Shown here: positions 37,566 to 47,602 of the stretch, in pieces
How the letters are laid out: every line of letters starts with the position of its first letter
Position numbering within the stretch: position 1 is the first letter of the stretch
Source: Candidatus Micrarchaeota archaeon
Lineage (GTDB): Archaea; Micrarchaeota; Micrarchaeia; Anstonellales; Bilamarchaeaceae
Length of the DNA stretch: 64,000 nucleotides
Reading direction: 5' to 3'
NCBI GenBank assembly: GCA_018304385.1
Contig: JAGVWJ010000008.1
Location: 1 to 64,000, forward strand
The notes under the pieces: model-generated
Database searches by the model: none
Seen by the model: only the letters and a program-made list of their open reading frames with translations
What the model was told of the DNA's origin: nothing
Program-made: the position numbers and the translations under genes

Positions 37566-38501
37566 TCACTCGTAAATCTTGATTCCTAATTTTTGTGTTG
37601 CAATTGCGAATAAAGATTGCGCTGAAATAATGCCTACTTCTGTAATATATCCAGTAATATAATGTGCAGCAGTTGCATCAAATGCTGGATTAGCAATTGT
37701 TAGGCTTTTGGGGGGCTTATCCCATATTTCTGCAATAGCGCGTTGTTCTATACGTTCGCGCTGTCCATAAGCAGTTAATGGAGAGTATTTGAACAGCTCT
37801 GCAGCACTATAAAATGAAACATCGTGCATTCTTGCAATATGCGCAACAGTGCTTGTGCCTACTTTGTTTATTAGATCTCCTCTAGAAGTTATTGCGTCTG
37901 CACCAACAATGCACATATCTGCTTTTTTCATAAATACATTTACTGCACCATCAACAATAAGCGTTGTTTTTATCTTTGCTTCAATTAGCTCGCGCGCGGT
38001 AATCCTGCCTTGATATAATGGCCGCGTTTCGCATGCAATAACCTCGAAATTTTTTCCCATTTCCTTTGCTTTTTTGAATATTCTTGTAACGCTTGATGAA
38101 TGGCAATGAGTTATCACCACTGCGTTTTCAGGAATTATCTTTGCGCCATACTCTGCTATTTTTGCAATGTCTTCATCCATTTTTTTAAGCAATGTCTCTT
38201 CGCGCTCAACCAAAAGTTTTTTTACTGCACCTACTGTGCGTACGTTTTTCATTTTTATCTGCATTAGCGCAAAGCGCGTTATATCTTCTATATTATTTCT
38301 CATCATTGGCTCTGTTGGCCTAGAATTAGCAAGCTTTTCTGCAACACCTAATATTTCATTATATAGTTCGTTTAGACCATCTGCTCTGGATGCACTTATT
38401 TGCAGTGCCAATGCAGTTAGGGCTGACTTCGCAACATTGCGAGCCCCTTGGATTTTTAGTTTCTTGATATCGTTGATAATTTTTTCAACTGCTTTTTGCA
38501 T
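37566..38501 (-). CDS. Ribose-1,5-bisphosphate isomerase (eIF-2B family)
   Basis: KIQGA, RPTEPMMRN, THCHSS, ETRPLYQG, VGADAI, NKVGT. Confidence 0.92.
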   Translation of the reverse strand: MQKAVEKIINDIKKLKIQGARNVAKSALTALALQISASRADGLNELYNEILGVAEKLANSRPTEPMMRNNIEDITRFALMQIKMKNVRTVGAVKKLLVEREETLLKKMDEDIAKIAEYGAKIIPENAVVITHCHSSSVTRIFKKAKEMGKNFEVIACETRPLYQGRITARELIEAKIKTTLIVDGAVNVFMKKADMCIVGADAITSRGDLINKVGTSTVAHIARMHDVSFYSAAELFKYSPLTAYGQRERIEQRAIAEIWDKPPKSLTIANPAFDATAAHYITGYITEVGIISAQSLFAIATQKLGIKIYE

Positions 38502-38625
38502 AAACTAAACGCGAAGAATAAGAATAAATAGATTACTACTACCTTAAGCAATGAGTTATGTGCAAAAAGCCATGTTAGAATATAAATACAAAAATTACCA
38601 CTTTTACAAACATTTATAAACACTT

Positions 38626-39438
38626 TTGCGCATAATAATAGTATGGCTAAAAAGACTAGCAGCAGCGCGGGCTGTTGTGTTTAGACTAATACTCAAAGTT
38701 AGAAGTCTTAGGGCAGATGTTTTAGAAGAGAAAGTAATTGAAAGACCACTAATTGAGATGTTTCAAAGCGCAGACGCTCACGAAAGGCAAATGGCTATAG
38801 ATAGAATGTTTAACGTGTTAGAAAGCCACTCCTCTTCGGCATCTGAAAAAGAAGAAACAGTTAACACACTAGTTAAAATAGGTGCTAATGCAAAGGACCC
38901 AGGCATAAGAAAGCATGCAATTTCTATTCTTGATCATTTTAATGCTCTTGAAGCATTCAAAAATGTATGTAAGGAAACTGATTATTTAGATGTAAAGGCA
39001 TATGTTATGAAACTTTTGGAAACACGCATTATGCTAGCTTCTGCTAAGAGGGCTGCTGTAGCTGCATCTGTTGTCCAATCAGAACACGCAGATGCTATAA
39101 GAATTAAAGAAAAATTAGCTGGAGAGGAACTTCTTTACGGAGCTGGTTTTGCAACTGGTACAAATGAGATAATACATAATGCTATGCGCACCCTTACTGA
39201 GCTTGCATTGCTCTATAGATATGGTGAGGAAACAAATGCCCTTGCAATTAAAACACTTAGAAAATTGAGCGAAAGCCCTGATCCGCTAGTAAAAGAATTA
39301 GCTTCAAAACAACTAGGTTTTGTTTCTGATAACAGAGTTCCTTACTCAGTTGGAACTGGGGAAAGTATGAGGATAAGAAGTGTGGAGAATGGAATAACAA
39401 TGAACACATGCGACCCTATGACTATAGAAACATCATAA
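38626..39438 (+). CDS. HEAT-like repeat hypothetical protein (start uncertain)
   Basis: 270-aa ORF; DPGIRKHAISIL and PDPLVKELA helical repeats. Confidence 0.6.
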   Translation: MRIIIVWLKRLAAARAVVFRLILKVRSLRADVLEEKVIERPLIEMFQSADAHERQMAIDRMFNVLESHSSSASEKEETVNTLVKIGANAKDPGIRKHAISILDHFNALEAFKNVCKETDYLDVKAYVMKLLETRIMLASAKRAAVAASVVQSEHADAIRIKEKLAGEELLYGAGFATGTNEIIHNAMRTLTELALLYRYGEETNALAIKTLRKLSESPDPLVKELASKQLGFVSDNRVPYSVGTGESMRIRSVENGITMNTCDPMTIETS

Positions 39439-39508
39439 AATGGATTTGATATAAATACTCAACAACTAATTTACATAAACCTTTTTCCCGCTAATGCTAA
39501 CTTCCTAT

Positions 39509-40327
39509 TTAAGCCATTGGAAGTCTGCGAGTGCTGACATCTGTTTCTTGTAGGAGTCTTCTTATAATTGAATGTTCGAGTCCTGTTGATAACTCTAGCA
39601 CTTGAAACACTAACATTGGATCAGTTATTGCTCCATCTGTTCTTTTACCCTGGTTAAGAATTTGTAGTGCAGTGAGTATTTGCCCAACTTCTTCATCCCC
39701 ATAAACTGTTAACGCAACAGTTTCAGGATGAGTTCTAACACCAACTGCAATATCTATGATTGGCGCTTCACTACTACCTAGAACGCATACACCCGCGCTT
39801 TTAGCTACTGTATGGTCATCTTCCACTCTTGTTGTTTCTGATAAATATGATCTAAGACCCCTACTTCTAAATAGAGCAGTCAGTAAAATTGCCATATCTT
39901 CTGGCTCTGAAGCAACTAATCGATCGCTTCCAGTTTCTTGCTCTGAATGTGCAACCAAAGTTGCGGGTGTCATTACCTCATCAGTTTGATGGACATGACG
40001 ACCATCAATCTCGGCTTCTAAGCCAAATAAGCTTCTAACAAGTCTTCTATCTCCCGGTCTTGGGGCAGTAAACAAAGAAACTTTTGTAACTGCATCATCT
40101 AAATCTTTACCTGGAACTAATACGCGTGCCAATTCTTCAAGCCTGCCACTAGTACCAAAAGCGTATGGACCTTCAGAAATAGGTTTATCTCTTGCCTCTA
40201 AAGTTCTTAGTATACCTTCTGCAATTCCTTCTGCTGCTAACCCCTTAAGAGCAACAATTGGACTTCTAGCTATCGCAGGTTTTAATGGTTCTTTAAATCT
40301 AATCCTAACTGATCCTATTTCCATCAT
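39509..40327 (-). CDS. Transglutaminase-like fold protein, catalytic Cys apparently absent
   Basis: EPEDMAILLTALFRSRGLRSYL resembles the DCED.AIL..AL.R..G motif with Pro at the Cys position. Confidence 0.6.
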   Translation of the reverse strand: MMEIGSVRIRFKEPLKPAIARSPIVALKGLAAEGIAEGILRTLEARDKPISEGPYAFGTSGRLEELARVLVPGKDLDDAVTKVSLFTAPRPGDRRLVRSLFGLEAEIDGRHVHQTDEVMTPATLVAHSEQETGSDRLVASEPEDMAILLTALFRSRGLRSYLSETTRVEDDHTVAKSAGVCVLGSSEAPIIDIAVGVRTHPETVALTVYGDEEVGQILTALQILNQGKRTDGAITDPMLVFQVLELSTGLEHSIIRRLLQETDVSTRRLPMA

Positions 40328-40349
40328 GCAAAATAATTAGTGTGCAAAA

Positions 40350-40369
40350 ATATAAAAAGGGGCGTCACA
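40350..40369 (-). promoter_or_regulatory. Duplicated promoter element TGTGACGCCCC-TTTTTATA (copy 1)
   Basis: 20-nt identity with 41304-41323; same spacing to the ATG. Confidence 0.75.
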
Positions 40370-40374
40370 GTAAT

Positions 40375-40409
40375 CTGCCATGAGCAATCAACCATGGGCA
40401 ATGAGCATT
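40375..40409 (+). repeat. Heptamer array
   Basis: CTGCCAT GAGCAAT CAACCAT GGGCAAT GAGCATT. Confidence 0.7.
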
Positions 40410-41281
40410 TAATTTGGTAGGTGTTTTATTTGTCTAGATGCGCTGACTTCTCTTCTAATTACATCTAAATCTTCTCTTATACCTCTAACAGAATCAACAA
40501 GCGGATGGTCTATTGCTTGGCCGGCAGTGCTTAATGTAGCGTCAGTCTCATCAAACTCTGCAAGCACTGCTTCCCTTGGCAAGCTACGATATGCACCAGT
40601 TCGTCCGACTTCTCTTATTTTCTTAACATGATTAAATGCCTTAAGCGCTTGTATTAAGCCAAGAACTTCTACATCGCTATATAATATAATCTGCCTAAAT
40701 GAAGGATGAACTGGTAATGCAAAACTAACTAAACTAAAAGTTTCTGGATCAGCTATGCATAATGCACTGCTCATTTCACCTGAACTTTCTCTAAGTAATG
40801 CAATGTTTGCTCGTAAACCTATCCCTTGCAATAACGCTGCTATCAGCACGTACAACTCTTCTCCTCGTGCTACAGCAAGTTCGTTTCTGCTTTCAATATT
40901 TGAATGCGCAACCAACTCGCCTGCGCTTAACGGCTGATCAGTAGCATGTATATGCTCTACATTATATACTATATCTGGCACACCTCTCTCTATGACTGGT
41001 TCAGGCTTTGGAAATGGTAGTTCCATATTTTGTGGAGTAAGAAAAAATACTGCGCCAGCTAACGCATCATTCATGCTTTTTCCAAAAAGAGGTCCAAGTT
41101 CTTCTAAAAGTCTAGCTAGCTTTGCATCTTTATCCCTAAATGGCCCTTCGCTAGGTGGCAATGACTTTGCACTTAATTTTTCAAAAACTCGCCTGACAAC
41201 CGCTCGTTCAACTGGGGGATGAAATACTGGACTTTGTCTCCTAGGTCTTACACTTTTATTGAATGTTAATGCATGCGCCAT
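40409..41281 (-). CDS. Transglutaminase-like fold protein; tandem paralog of 39509..40327
   Basis: SEGPF/SEGPY, LVAHS and GEELYVLIAALLQGIG align with the neighbour. Confidence 0.6.
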   Translation of the reverse strand: MAHALTFNKSVRPRRQSPVFHPPVERAVVRRVFEKLSAKSLPPSEGPFRDKDAKLARLLEELGPLFGKSMNDALAGAVFFLTPQNMELPFPKPEPVIERGVPDIVYNVEHIHATDQPLSAGELVAHSNIESRNELAVARGEELYVLIAALLQGIGLRANIALLRESSGEMSSALCIADPETFSLVSFALPVHPSFRQIILYSDVEVLGLIQALKAFNHVKKIREVGRTGAYRSLPREAVLAEFDETDATLSTAGQAIDHPLVDSVRGIREDLDVIRREVSASRQIKHLPN

Positions 41282-41303
41282 GCAATATTATTGATGTGGG
41301 AAG

Positions 41304-41323
41304 ATATAAAAAGGGGCGTCACA
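41304..41323 (-). promoter_or_regulatory. Duplicated promoter element (copy 2)
   Basis: atataaaaaggggcgtcaca, identical to 40350-40369. Confidence 0.75.
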
Positions 41324-41328
41324 ATACT

Positions 41329-41363
41329 CTGCCATGAGCCTTGAGCTATCATCAATGGGCAGT
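41329..41363 (+). repeat. Heptamer array
   Basis: CTGCCAT GAGCCTT GAGCTAT CATCAAT GGGCAGT. Confidence 0.7.
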
Positions 41364-41452
41364 TGACTGGCGCTGTTTCAAGTCTTGCGCTCTTATATTA
41401 TTCATTCTAACAGTTTCGAAATTTAAAAAATAAAAAGAATAAAAAAAGAAAA

Positions 41453-41755
41453 TTATCCAAATAAAGATGCTAATCCTTCAGCTGCTTGTGCTTCAGTCTT
41501 TGCTTCATCTTTCTTTTCTTCTTTCTTTGCTTCTGCTACTGGTGCACTTGCGACTGCTGCTGGTGCTGCTGTTGCCTGCTTTAACAAGTCTTCAAAGTTA
41601 ACACCTTGGACTGCTTCTGCAAGCACTTTTGCGCGTGCTTCATCTGCAGCTACGCCAGCGCTTTTCAACACGCTAACAATAGCATCTTTAGATACTTCTT
41701 TTCCTGCGCCATGCAATAAAAGCACAGCATGCAAATATGGATCTACTTTTGTCAT
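41453..41755 (-). CDS. rpl12: 50S ribosomal stalk protein P1 (L12)
   Basis: YLHAVLLLH, Ala-rich hinge, EGLASLFG terminus. Confidence 0.96.
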   Translation of the reverse strand: MTKVDPYLHAVLLLHGAGKEVSKDAIVSVLKSAGVAADEARAKVLAEAVQGVNFEDLLKQATAAPAAVASAPVAEAKKEEKKDEAKTEAQAAEGLASLFG

Positions 41756-41803
41756 TTTAAATCACCTTTACGATCAGTTTTGCTGAAGCTTTTTCTAAAA
41801 GCT

Positions 41804-42661
41804 TCACTTCCCCAAACTCGCTAGAGCCAATCCCTGCCTAGAAGCAAGGGTGAGAAGCTGCCCTATTGCGTTTGAGGAGTATAAGTTGCCATTCAAAGCT
41901 ACGTTTAGCGATTGCATATATGCATCGCGTAATAAAATCTCAACATTCTGTTTTGTTGGATACTTTGCATTAATAGAAAGATTAAAAGCGTCATTTAATG
42001 ACGAGCCTAGCGCTGCATGCAGTGTATCATCTATATTAAGCAATTCAGCACTATAAATATAATGTTGATCGTAACCTGCAATTAATCTAACGGATATTTC
42101 AAATGGCTTAACATTTAATTTTTGTAATGCCTTAGTCTTTAGATCATTTAGAGTTTCGCCAGACTTTGCAACAACACTCTCTTTTGAAACAACTATTTTA
42201 CCGCCTTTAATCTGTACGTTTATGCCTGCTCCCTTAAGTTCGCTGAGTGCTGGGCCAGGTGGCAAATCAGTCTCGCCTTCTGGTACTACTATGTCAAATG
42301 GCGCAATCTCGCCAGTTTTTGCTGCCCTTCTCTTTTTATTTTCTTTAAAGAATTTATTAATAGCAAATGGTGAATCATTTGTCAGTATTAATGCAACTGG
42401 TTTATTAGTTTCACCTGAAAGCGCTGTAAGTTTTTTATCGCTTTCCAGCACGCGTTGTATAACTGGCTTTTTAAGCACTAAAACTTTACCGCCTTTATCA
42501 CGGATTTTCTTTCTTAGTGATTGGAAAAGTGAATCTGATAATTTTCTTAAATCAATAACCACCAATGTCTTATACTTCTTAAGATCTGCCTTTACCTCTT
42601 CGACTTTTTGTATTTTTGCCTTAACTGTTTTTCTATTAACATCAGCTTTTTTCTCTACCAT
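41804..42661 (-). CDS. rpl10: 50S ribosomal protein uL10 (P0)
   Basis: AKTGEIAPFDIVVPEGETDLPPGP, LQKLNVKP; ATG 42661 follows GTGA. Confidence 0.95.
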   Translation of the reverse strand: MVEKKADVNRKTVKAKIQKVEEVKADLKKYKTLVVIDLRKLSDSLFQSLRKKIRDKGGKVLVLKKPVIQRVLESDKKLTALSGETNKPVALILTNDSPFAINKFFKENKKRRAAKTGEIAPFDIVVPEGETDLPPGPALSELKGAGINVQIKGGKIVVSKESVVAKSGETLNDLKTKALQKLNVKPFEISVRLIAGYDQHYIYSAELLNIDDTLHAALGSSLNDAFNLSINAKYPTKQNVEILLRDAYMQSLNVALNGNLYSSNAIGQLLTLASRQGLALASLGK

Positions 42662-42666
42662 AAGAA

Positions 42667-43299
42667 TCACATCACACGAACTGGTTTACTCATTGATAAT
42701 TTAACAAATACACTTTTTACGTTTCCTTCAGTTACCTTATTTTTTATTGCATCATATACTGAATCTATATTGTCAACAAGCTCATCAACGCTCATTGCCT
42801 CTGTTCCGACAAAACTCTGGACTGTTGGCAGGTATTTTCCTTTTGAAACTATGCGCACGCTTTTCTTTGCCTTTTCTATAAGCTCAGCAACATTACCTAC
42901 GATTGGTTTTGGTAATTTACCTCTAGGACCTAAGTACTGACCTAGATTTTTAGCTACTTGTGCCATAAGGTTTGGTTGTGCTAATAGAACATAATTATCT
43001 GCTAAATCCTTTAGCTTTGCTTTATCTGTATAAGCTGGAAGTTCATTTGGTGAAATAGTTAGGTCAACACCTGCCTTTTTTGCCTGTGTTGTTAATGTTT
43101 CTTCACCAATTACTCCTACCTTAGGTTCTTTTCCACCCTTTCCTTTTGGAAGTAGTACTTCTAAGTTAAGCCTGTTCTCTGTTTTAGAAAAGTCTACGCT
43201 GCGAACATTTACTATTAGCTCTACGCTTTGCTTAAATTGGCGCTTGCCTTTTTCTTCCAGCAGTTTTGCTAATGAGTCTGTTAGTTTTTTCTTATCCAT
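42667..43299 (-). CDS. rpl1: 50S ribosomal protein uL1
   Basis: RQFKQSVELIVN, LGPRGKLPKP, VKLSMSKP; GGGAGG SD. Confidence 0.96.
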   Translation of the reverse strand: MDKKKLTDSLAKLLEEKGKRQFKQSVELIVNVRSVDFSKTENRLNLEVLLPKGKGGKEPKVGVIGEETLTTQAKKAGVDLTISPNELPAYTDKAKLKDLADNYVLLAQPNLMAQVAKNLGQYLGPRGKLPKPIVGNVAELIEKAKKSVRIVSKGKYLPTVQSFVGTEAMSVDELVDNIDSVYDAIKNKVTEGNVKSVFVKLSMSKPVRVM

Positions 43300-43462
43300 T
43301 AAAATCAAGCCCTCCCAATCCTTAGGATTGGTACAATTGGGTAAATATATGATTTGTTATGACGGGTTTTTAAATATTGCGAAATGATGAGCTATAAAGT
43401 TAGCGACACATACTCTCACTAAACAAGAAAAAGCTTAAATAAAGAATTTATAAGATATACTT

Positions 43463-44212
43463 ATGCCTAATCCCTTCACAAGCAAAAAAATTTTAATTGC
43501 TGTCTCTCTCATGCTTGTTATGTGTGGGATTGTGCTTACTTTCCATTTTCTCTCACCTCACTCTCAGAAAATCTCATTTCCTGGTGCAACACCCCAAAAA
43601 GGTACAAGTTCTGAAATAATCACTGATTGCACTCCAAAATTTAGCCATCACTTTACCGATGTTGATACTATAGATTCTATCGTGCCACCGGTTTTTAGAA
43701 ACAGAGAAGGAACCATGCCAACAACCCTGATAAATACGATGGGTAAAACTCCCCTCTACATGCCTACGGCAGGAAAACTCACCCAGGGAGCATACTACAC
43801 TGAACAAGGGACGGAATTTTATATGTGGGAAGTTGATGTTGGCTGCGGAATAACGATTACCTTTGACCATGTAACAGAACCCGTGGAAAAAATAAGAATG
43901 ATGTTCTCAGATACTCCGAAAAATGATAGTCGCACTGCCTTTTTTGAGGCCCCCTTGAAATTGGAGGCTGGAGAGCTTGTTGGCCACACCACTGGTTCAG
44001 TCAATTCCCATAACTGGAATTTTGCGGTATATGATGTGAGGGAGAAAAACTTTTTGTGGGGCGCTAGCACATTTAGTGATATGCCCAAATACTACATGCA
44101 GGTCTGCCCTTTCAAGTATTATGAAGGGCAAATGGCTGCACCGTACGAAGATCTATTTGTTCTTTCTTTCAACGAGATAACTGTTGAGAAAAATCTTTGC
44201 GGGCATAAATGA
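43463..44212 (+). CDS. Membrane-anchored M23-like protein (degenerate)
   Basis: N-terminal TM; PLYMPTAGKLT, TFDHV, LEAGELVGHT; similar to 6792..8096. Confidence 0.6.
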   Translation: MPNPFTSKKILIAVSLMLVMCGIVLTFHFLSPHSQKISFPGATPQKGTSSEIITDCTPKFSHHFTDVDTIDSIVPPVFRNREGTMPTTLINTMGKTPLYMPTAGKLTQGAYYTEQGTEFYMWEVDVGCGITITFDHVTEPVEKIRMMFSDTPKNDSRTAFFEAPLKLEAGELVGHTTGSVNSHNWNFAVYDVREKNFLWGASTFSDMPKYYMQVCPFKYYEGQMAAPYEDLFVLSFNEITVEKNLCGHK

Positions 44213-44266
44213 ATAAACTCTTTTACTGAAAGATTTACAAAAATTTGTTCTACCATTTTTCCACCC

Positions 44267-44539
44267 TTAATTTCTTTTTCCACGAGAATTAAAAAATACA
44301 ATTTTCTTTAGGAATTCCTTTGATTTTTTATGGTGATAAAAACCATAAACAAGGAATACTAACCCTATGAAAGTGCTCGCTAGCCCTATCCAGTGATAAA
44401 GTCCTGTTTGAAAATACCCAGTAAAAAATAGACCAGCTAGAATTATACTTAACCCAGTTCGAATGTAAGCTAAATAAGTTCTCTCCTCTGCAAGTTCTGT
44501 CCTTTTTACTGCTAGTTCATCAGTTAAACTTCTTTTCAT
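44267..44539 (-). CDS. DUF202 (YidH-like) membrane protein
   Basis: RTELAEERTYLAYIRTGL plus two TMs. Confidence 0.88.
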   Translation of the reverse strand: MKRSLTDELAVKRTELAEERTYLAYIRTGLSIILAGLFFTGYFQTGLYHWIGLASTFIGLVFLVYGFYHHKKSKEFLKKIVFFNSRGKRN

Positions 44540-44570
44540 GAATGAGAATAAGATGGAAAACTATTTAAGA

Positions 44571-44684
44571 CTAGAGCTCTCCGACTCTTCGCTTTTGCCT
44601 TCGCTTCATGCGCTTGCGCTTTTTCTTTACCCATTTCCAGCGCATTCTATTCTTCTTTTTCCATTTTCGCGGTTTGCTACCCAT
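44571..44684 (-). CDS. rpl41e: Ribosomal protein eL41/eS32 (37 aa)
   Basis: Hand translation MGSKPRKWKKKNRMRWKWVKKKRKRMKRRQKRRVGEL; GAGGT SD; below the track length cutoff. Confidence 0.88.
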   Translation of the reverse strand: MGSKPRKWKKKNRMRWKWVKKKRKRMKRRQKRRVGEL

Positions 44685-45089
44685 AGAATAATACCTCATG
44701 TAAACTAATTAGAATTTGATTATTCGATTTTATTATGTTAGATTTTTATAGCTTAGCTTTTTCAAATCTCGCTAACAATATATTATCGGCGATGAAGTAA
44801 AAGAGGTATTTATGATTCTCGAAGCGTAGAGAACTTTGAGGAGTGACTTAGTCACGTATGATTATAAAAAGAAACTGAGCCAACTGTGTTTTCTTCTATC
44901 TTCTCCTTATTATAAAGACGTCGTACTACTTATGTTTGCTATAGGGACGTGGTCTTATACATTCTTCATGCCACGTCGGCTGTTCTAGGTTTTCTTCTGG
45001 TGAACCATAGGAACCATGAATAATTATTATATTAGATATATGAAACCCACTACAGTCAACCTTTTAAAGTTTATTTTCAAATTAAAAGT

Positions 45090-46460
45090 ATGCAGCCAAA
45101 TAAAATTCTTGTAATTCTGTTTATTGCGCTATTATTCTTTTATGGGTGTAACCAGACTCAACCTACACCTCAACCTTCACCACAACCTGCTCCAAGCCCA
45201 GAACCGGCGCCTACTCCAGCGCCTCAACCTCAACCAACGCCTCAGCCCTCGCCCACTCCAGAACCAATAGACTATACAACATCTGATCAAAAAGCTGATG
45301 CAGTTGATAAATCGCTAACTGCTTCCAACAAAGAATTCGCATTTAAAATTTTTAAAGAGCTTAACAAAGAGGACAACGATAAAAATATCTTTATTTCTCC
45401 ATTTAGTATTTCCGCTGCCTTAGCTATGGCATATAATGGGGCAGAAGGAGAAACCAAAAAAGCTATGGCAAATGCACTACAATTGGATGACACTGAAATA
45501 GAAAACATAAATAATGCTTATTCAGATCTGATTGCAAGCCTAGAAAACGCAGATGCAGAAATAAAAATAAACATTGCAAACTCTATCTGGACAAGCAATG
45601 AGTTCGAGCCTATTGTTAAAAAAAGTTTCACGGATAAACTAAGATCATCTTACGACAGTGAATTATATACAAAAGATTTTGGAAACCCGCAAACAGCCAA
45701 TGATATAAATGACTGGATAAACGATAAAACTGGGGGAAAGATAACTAAAATGATAGGTGATATAGACCCTAGTTTGGTTATGTTTATTATAAATGCTATC
45801 TACTTCAAAGGTGATTGGACAACTAAATTTGATGAAAAATATACAAAGAAGGATGATTTCTTTTTGTCTAGTGGGCAAGCGATTAAAGTTGATATGATGT
45901 CTGTTTACGGGGGGAACTTTAGCTATTATAGAGGAGATAATTTCAAATTAGGTAGATTACCTTATGGAAGAAACAAAATCGCGATGTATATCTTCCTGCC
46001 AGATGAGGGCGTTTCTCTAGATCCTTTTATTGAATCGCTGGATAAAGAATTTAGTGAGTATATAAAAAATATGTGGCAAGAACATGAGCTTGAGGTTAAG
46101 CTTCCTAAATTCAAAATAGAATATGGCAAGAAAAGGATAAATAAACCTTTAGAGATATTGGGCATGCAAATAGCTTTTGATAAGTTGAATGCGAATTTCA
46201 CAGGTATTGCAGAACCAATAGATAATAATATTTACATAGATTATGTTGACCATAAGGCTGTAATTGAAGTTAACGAAAAAGGAAGTGAAGCTGCAGCAGT
46301 AACAGTTATAGGGATAGGCATAACAGGTAGTGCTCCTGGCGATCTACCCCCAGAACCTCCTCGCCTTTTCGTAAACCGCCCATTCTTTTTTGTAATAATG
46401 GATGACCGAAGCGGATCTATATTATTTATGGGTAAGGTTGTTGATCCTTCTAAAAATTAA
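45090..46460 (+). CDS. Serpin lipoprotein
   Basis: FFYGC lipobox, PQPTP linker, NIFISPFSI, INAIYFKGDW, NEKGSEAAAVT hinge, VNRPFFF. Confidence 0.95.
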   Translation: MQPNKILVILFIALLFFYGCNQTQPTPQPSPQPAPSPEPAPTPAPQPQPTPQPSPTPEPIDYTTSDQKADAVDKSLTASNKEFAFKIFKELNKEDNDKNIFISPFSISAALAMAYNGAEGETKKAMANALQLDDTEIENINNAYSDLIASLENADAEIKINIANSIWTSNEFEPIVKKSFTDKLRSSYDSELYTKDFGNPQTANDINDWINDKTGGKITKMIGDIDPSLVMFIINAIYFKGDWTTKFDEKYTKKDDFFLSSGQAIKVDMMSVYGGNFSYYRGDNFKLGRLPYGRNKIAMYIFLPDEGVSLDPFIESLDKEFSEYIKNMWQEHELEVKLPKFKIEYGKKRINKPLEILGMQIAFDKLNANFTGIAEPIDNNIYIDYVDHKAVIEVNEKGSEAAAVTVIGIGITGSAPGDLPPEPPRLFVNRPFFFVIMDDRSGSILFMGKVVDPSKN

Positions 46461-46508
46461 CAAATAACTTAAAAATCCTTCTCATCCTAATTCTGTAAAG
46501 GAATTTTT

Positions 46509-47588
46509 ATGACACTCAAACGAACGCCATTCTACGAGATACATAAAGCAGCAGGTGGAAAACTAGTTGAGTTTGGCGGATGGGAAATGCCAGTGCAATA
46601 TAGTGGCATTTTAGATGAACATAATACGATACGCAAAGCAGTTGGCTTGTTCGATGTTTCACATATGGGCGAGGTTTACGCAACTGGCCCAAATGCCAAA
46701 AAATTTGTAAATAATCTGATTACTAATGATGTGAATAAACTTGTAGATGGCCAGATATTATACTCGCCAATGTGCTATGAGCATGGTGGAGTAGTAGATG
46801 ATTTATTAGTGTATAGATTTAATGATGAAAAATTTCTGATTGTTATAAATGCGTCTAATGTAGATAAGGATTTTCAATGGATGAGCGAGCATATACTTGG
46901 TGCAGATGTAGTAAACCATAGCTCGGATGTTGCTGAGGTTGCGCTTCAAGGACCACTTGCGCAAAAAACATTGCAAAAACTTACGAGCTTTGATTTAAAT
47001 TCGCTTAAATATTTTTATTTTACTGAATTTGAAATTGTAGGTGTGCATTGTCTGATATCGCGTACGGGATATACAGGTGAGGATGGTTATGAAATTTACT
47101 TTGATAATGCAAATGCAGAAAAAATATGGAATGCATTGATGGAAGCAGGCAAGGAGTTCGGAATAAAACCATGTGGACTTGGCTGTCGTGACTCGCTTCG
47201 CTTAGAAGCTGGACTTATGCTTTATGGAAACGATATTACTCAAGATGTTACGCCATTAGAAGCGCCATTGAAATGGACTGTAAAATTAGATAAAGAGGAT
47301 TTTATTGGTAAAAGAGCATTACTAGAAAAACCAATTAAAAGAAAACTGGTTGGTTTTGAATTATTAGAACGCGCAGTGCCAAGACATGGTAATGAAGTTT
47401 ATATTGGCGGTGAAAAATTTGATTATGTTACTAGCGGGATATTCTCTCCAACTTTGCAAAAGCCAGTTGGATTTGCATTTGTTCCAGTTGATTTGCCTCT
47501 TGGTGATGGAATAGAGGTAAAAATTCGCGATAGATTAATAAAAGCAAAAACATGCAGCTATAGGTTTTATAAGATTGAGCGAAAATAA
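46509..47588 (+). CDS. gcvT: Glycine cleavage system T protein
   Basis: FGGWEMPVQY, FDVSHMGE, SRTGYTGEDG, GLGCRDSLRLEAG. Confidence 0.97.
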   Translation: MTLKRTPFYEIHKAAGGKLVEFGGWEMPVQYSGILDEHNTIRKAVGLFDVSHMGEVYATGPNAKKFVNNLITNDVNKLVDGQILYSPMCYEHGGVVDDLLVYRFNDEKFLIVINASNVDKDFQWMSEHILGADVVNHSSDVAEVALQGPLAQKTLQKLTSFDLNSLKYFYFTEFEIVGVHCLISRTGYTGEDGYEIYFDNANAEKIWNALMEAGKEFGIKPCGLGCRDSLRLEAGLMLYGNDITQDVTPLEAPLKWTVKLDKEDFIGKRALLEKPIKRKLVGFELLERAVPRHGNEVYIGGEKFDYVTSGIFSPTLQKPVGFAFVPVDLPLGDGIEVKIRDRLIKAKTCSYRFYKIERK

Positions 47589-47602
47589 ACTAATGTGATA
47601 TT

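Noticed and set aside
44700-45089. Possible gene in the 390-bp gap before the serpin
   Set aside because: Only short stop-interrupted frames with no recognisable motif or RNA structure
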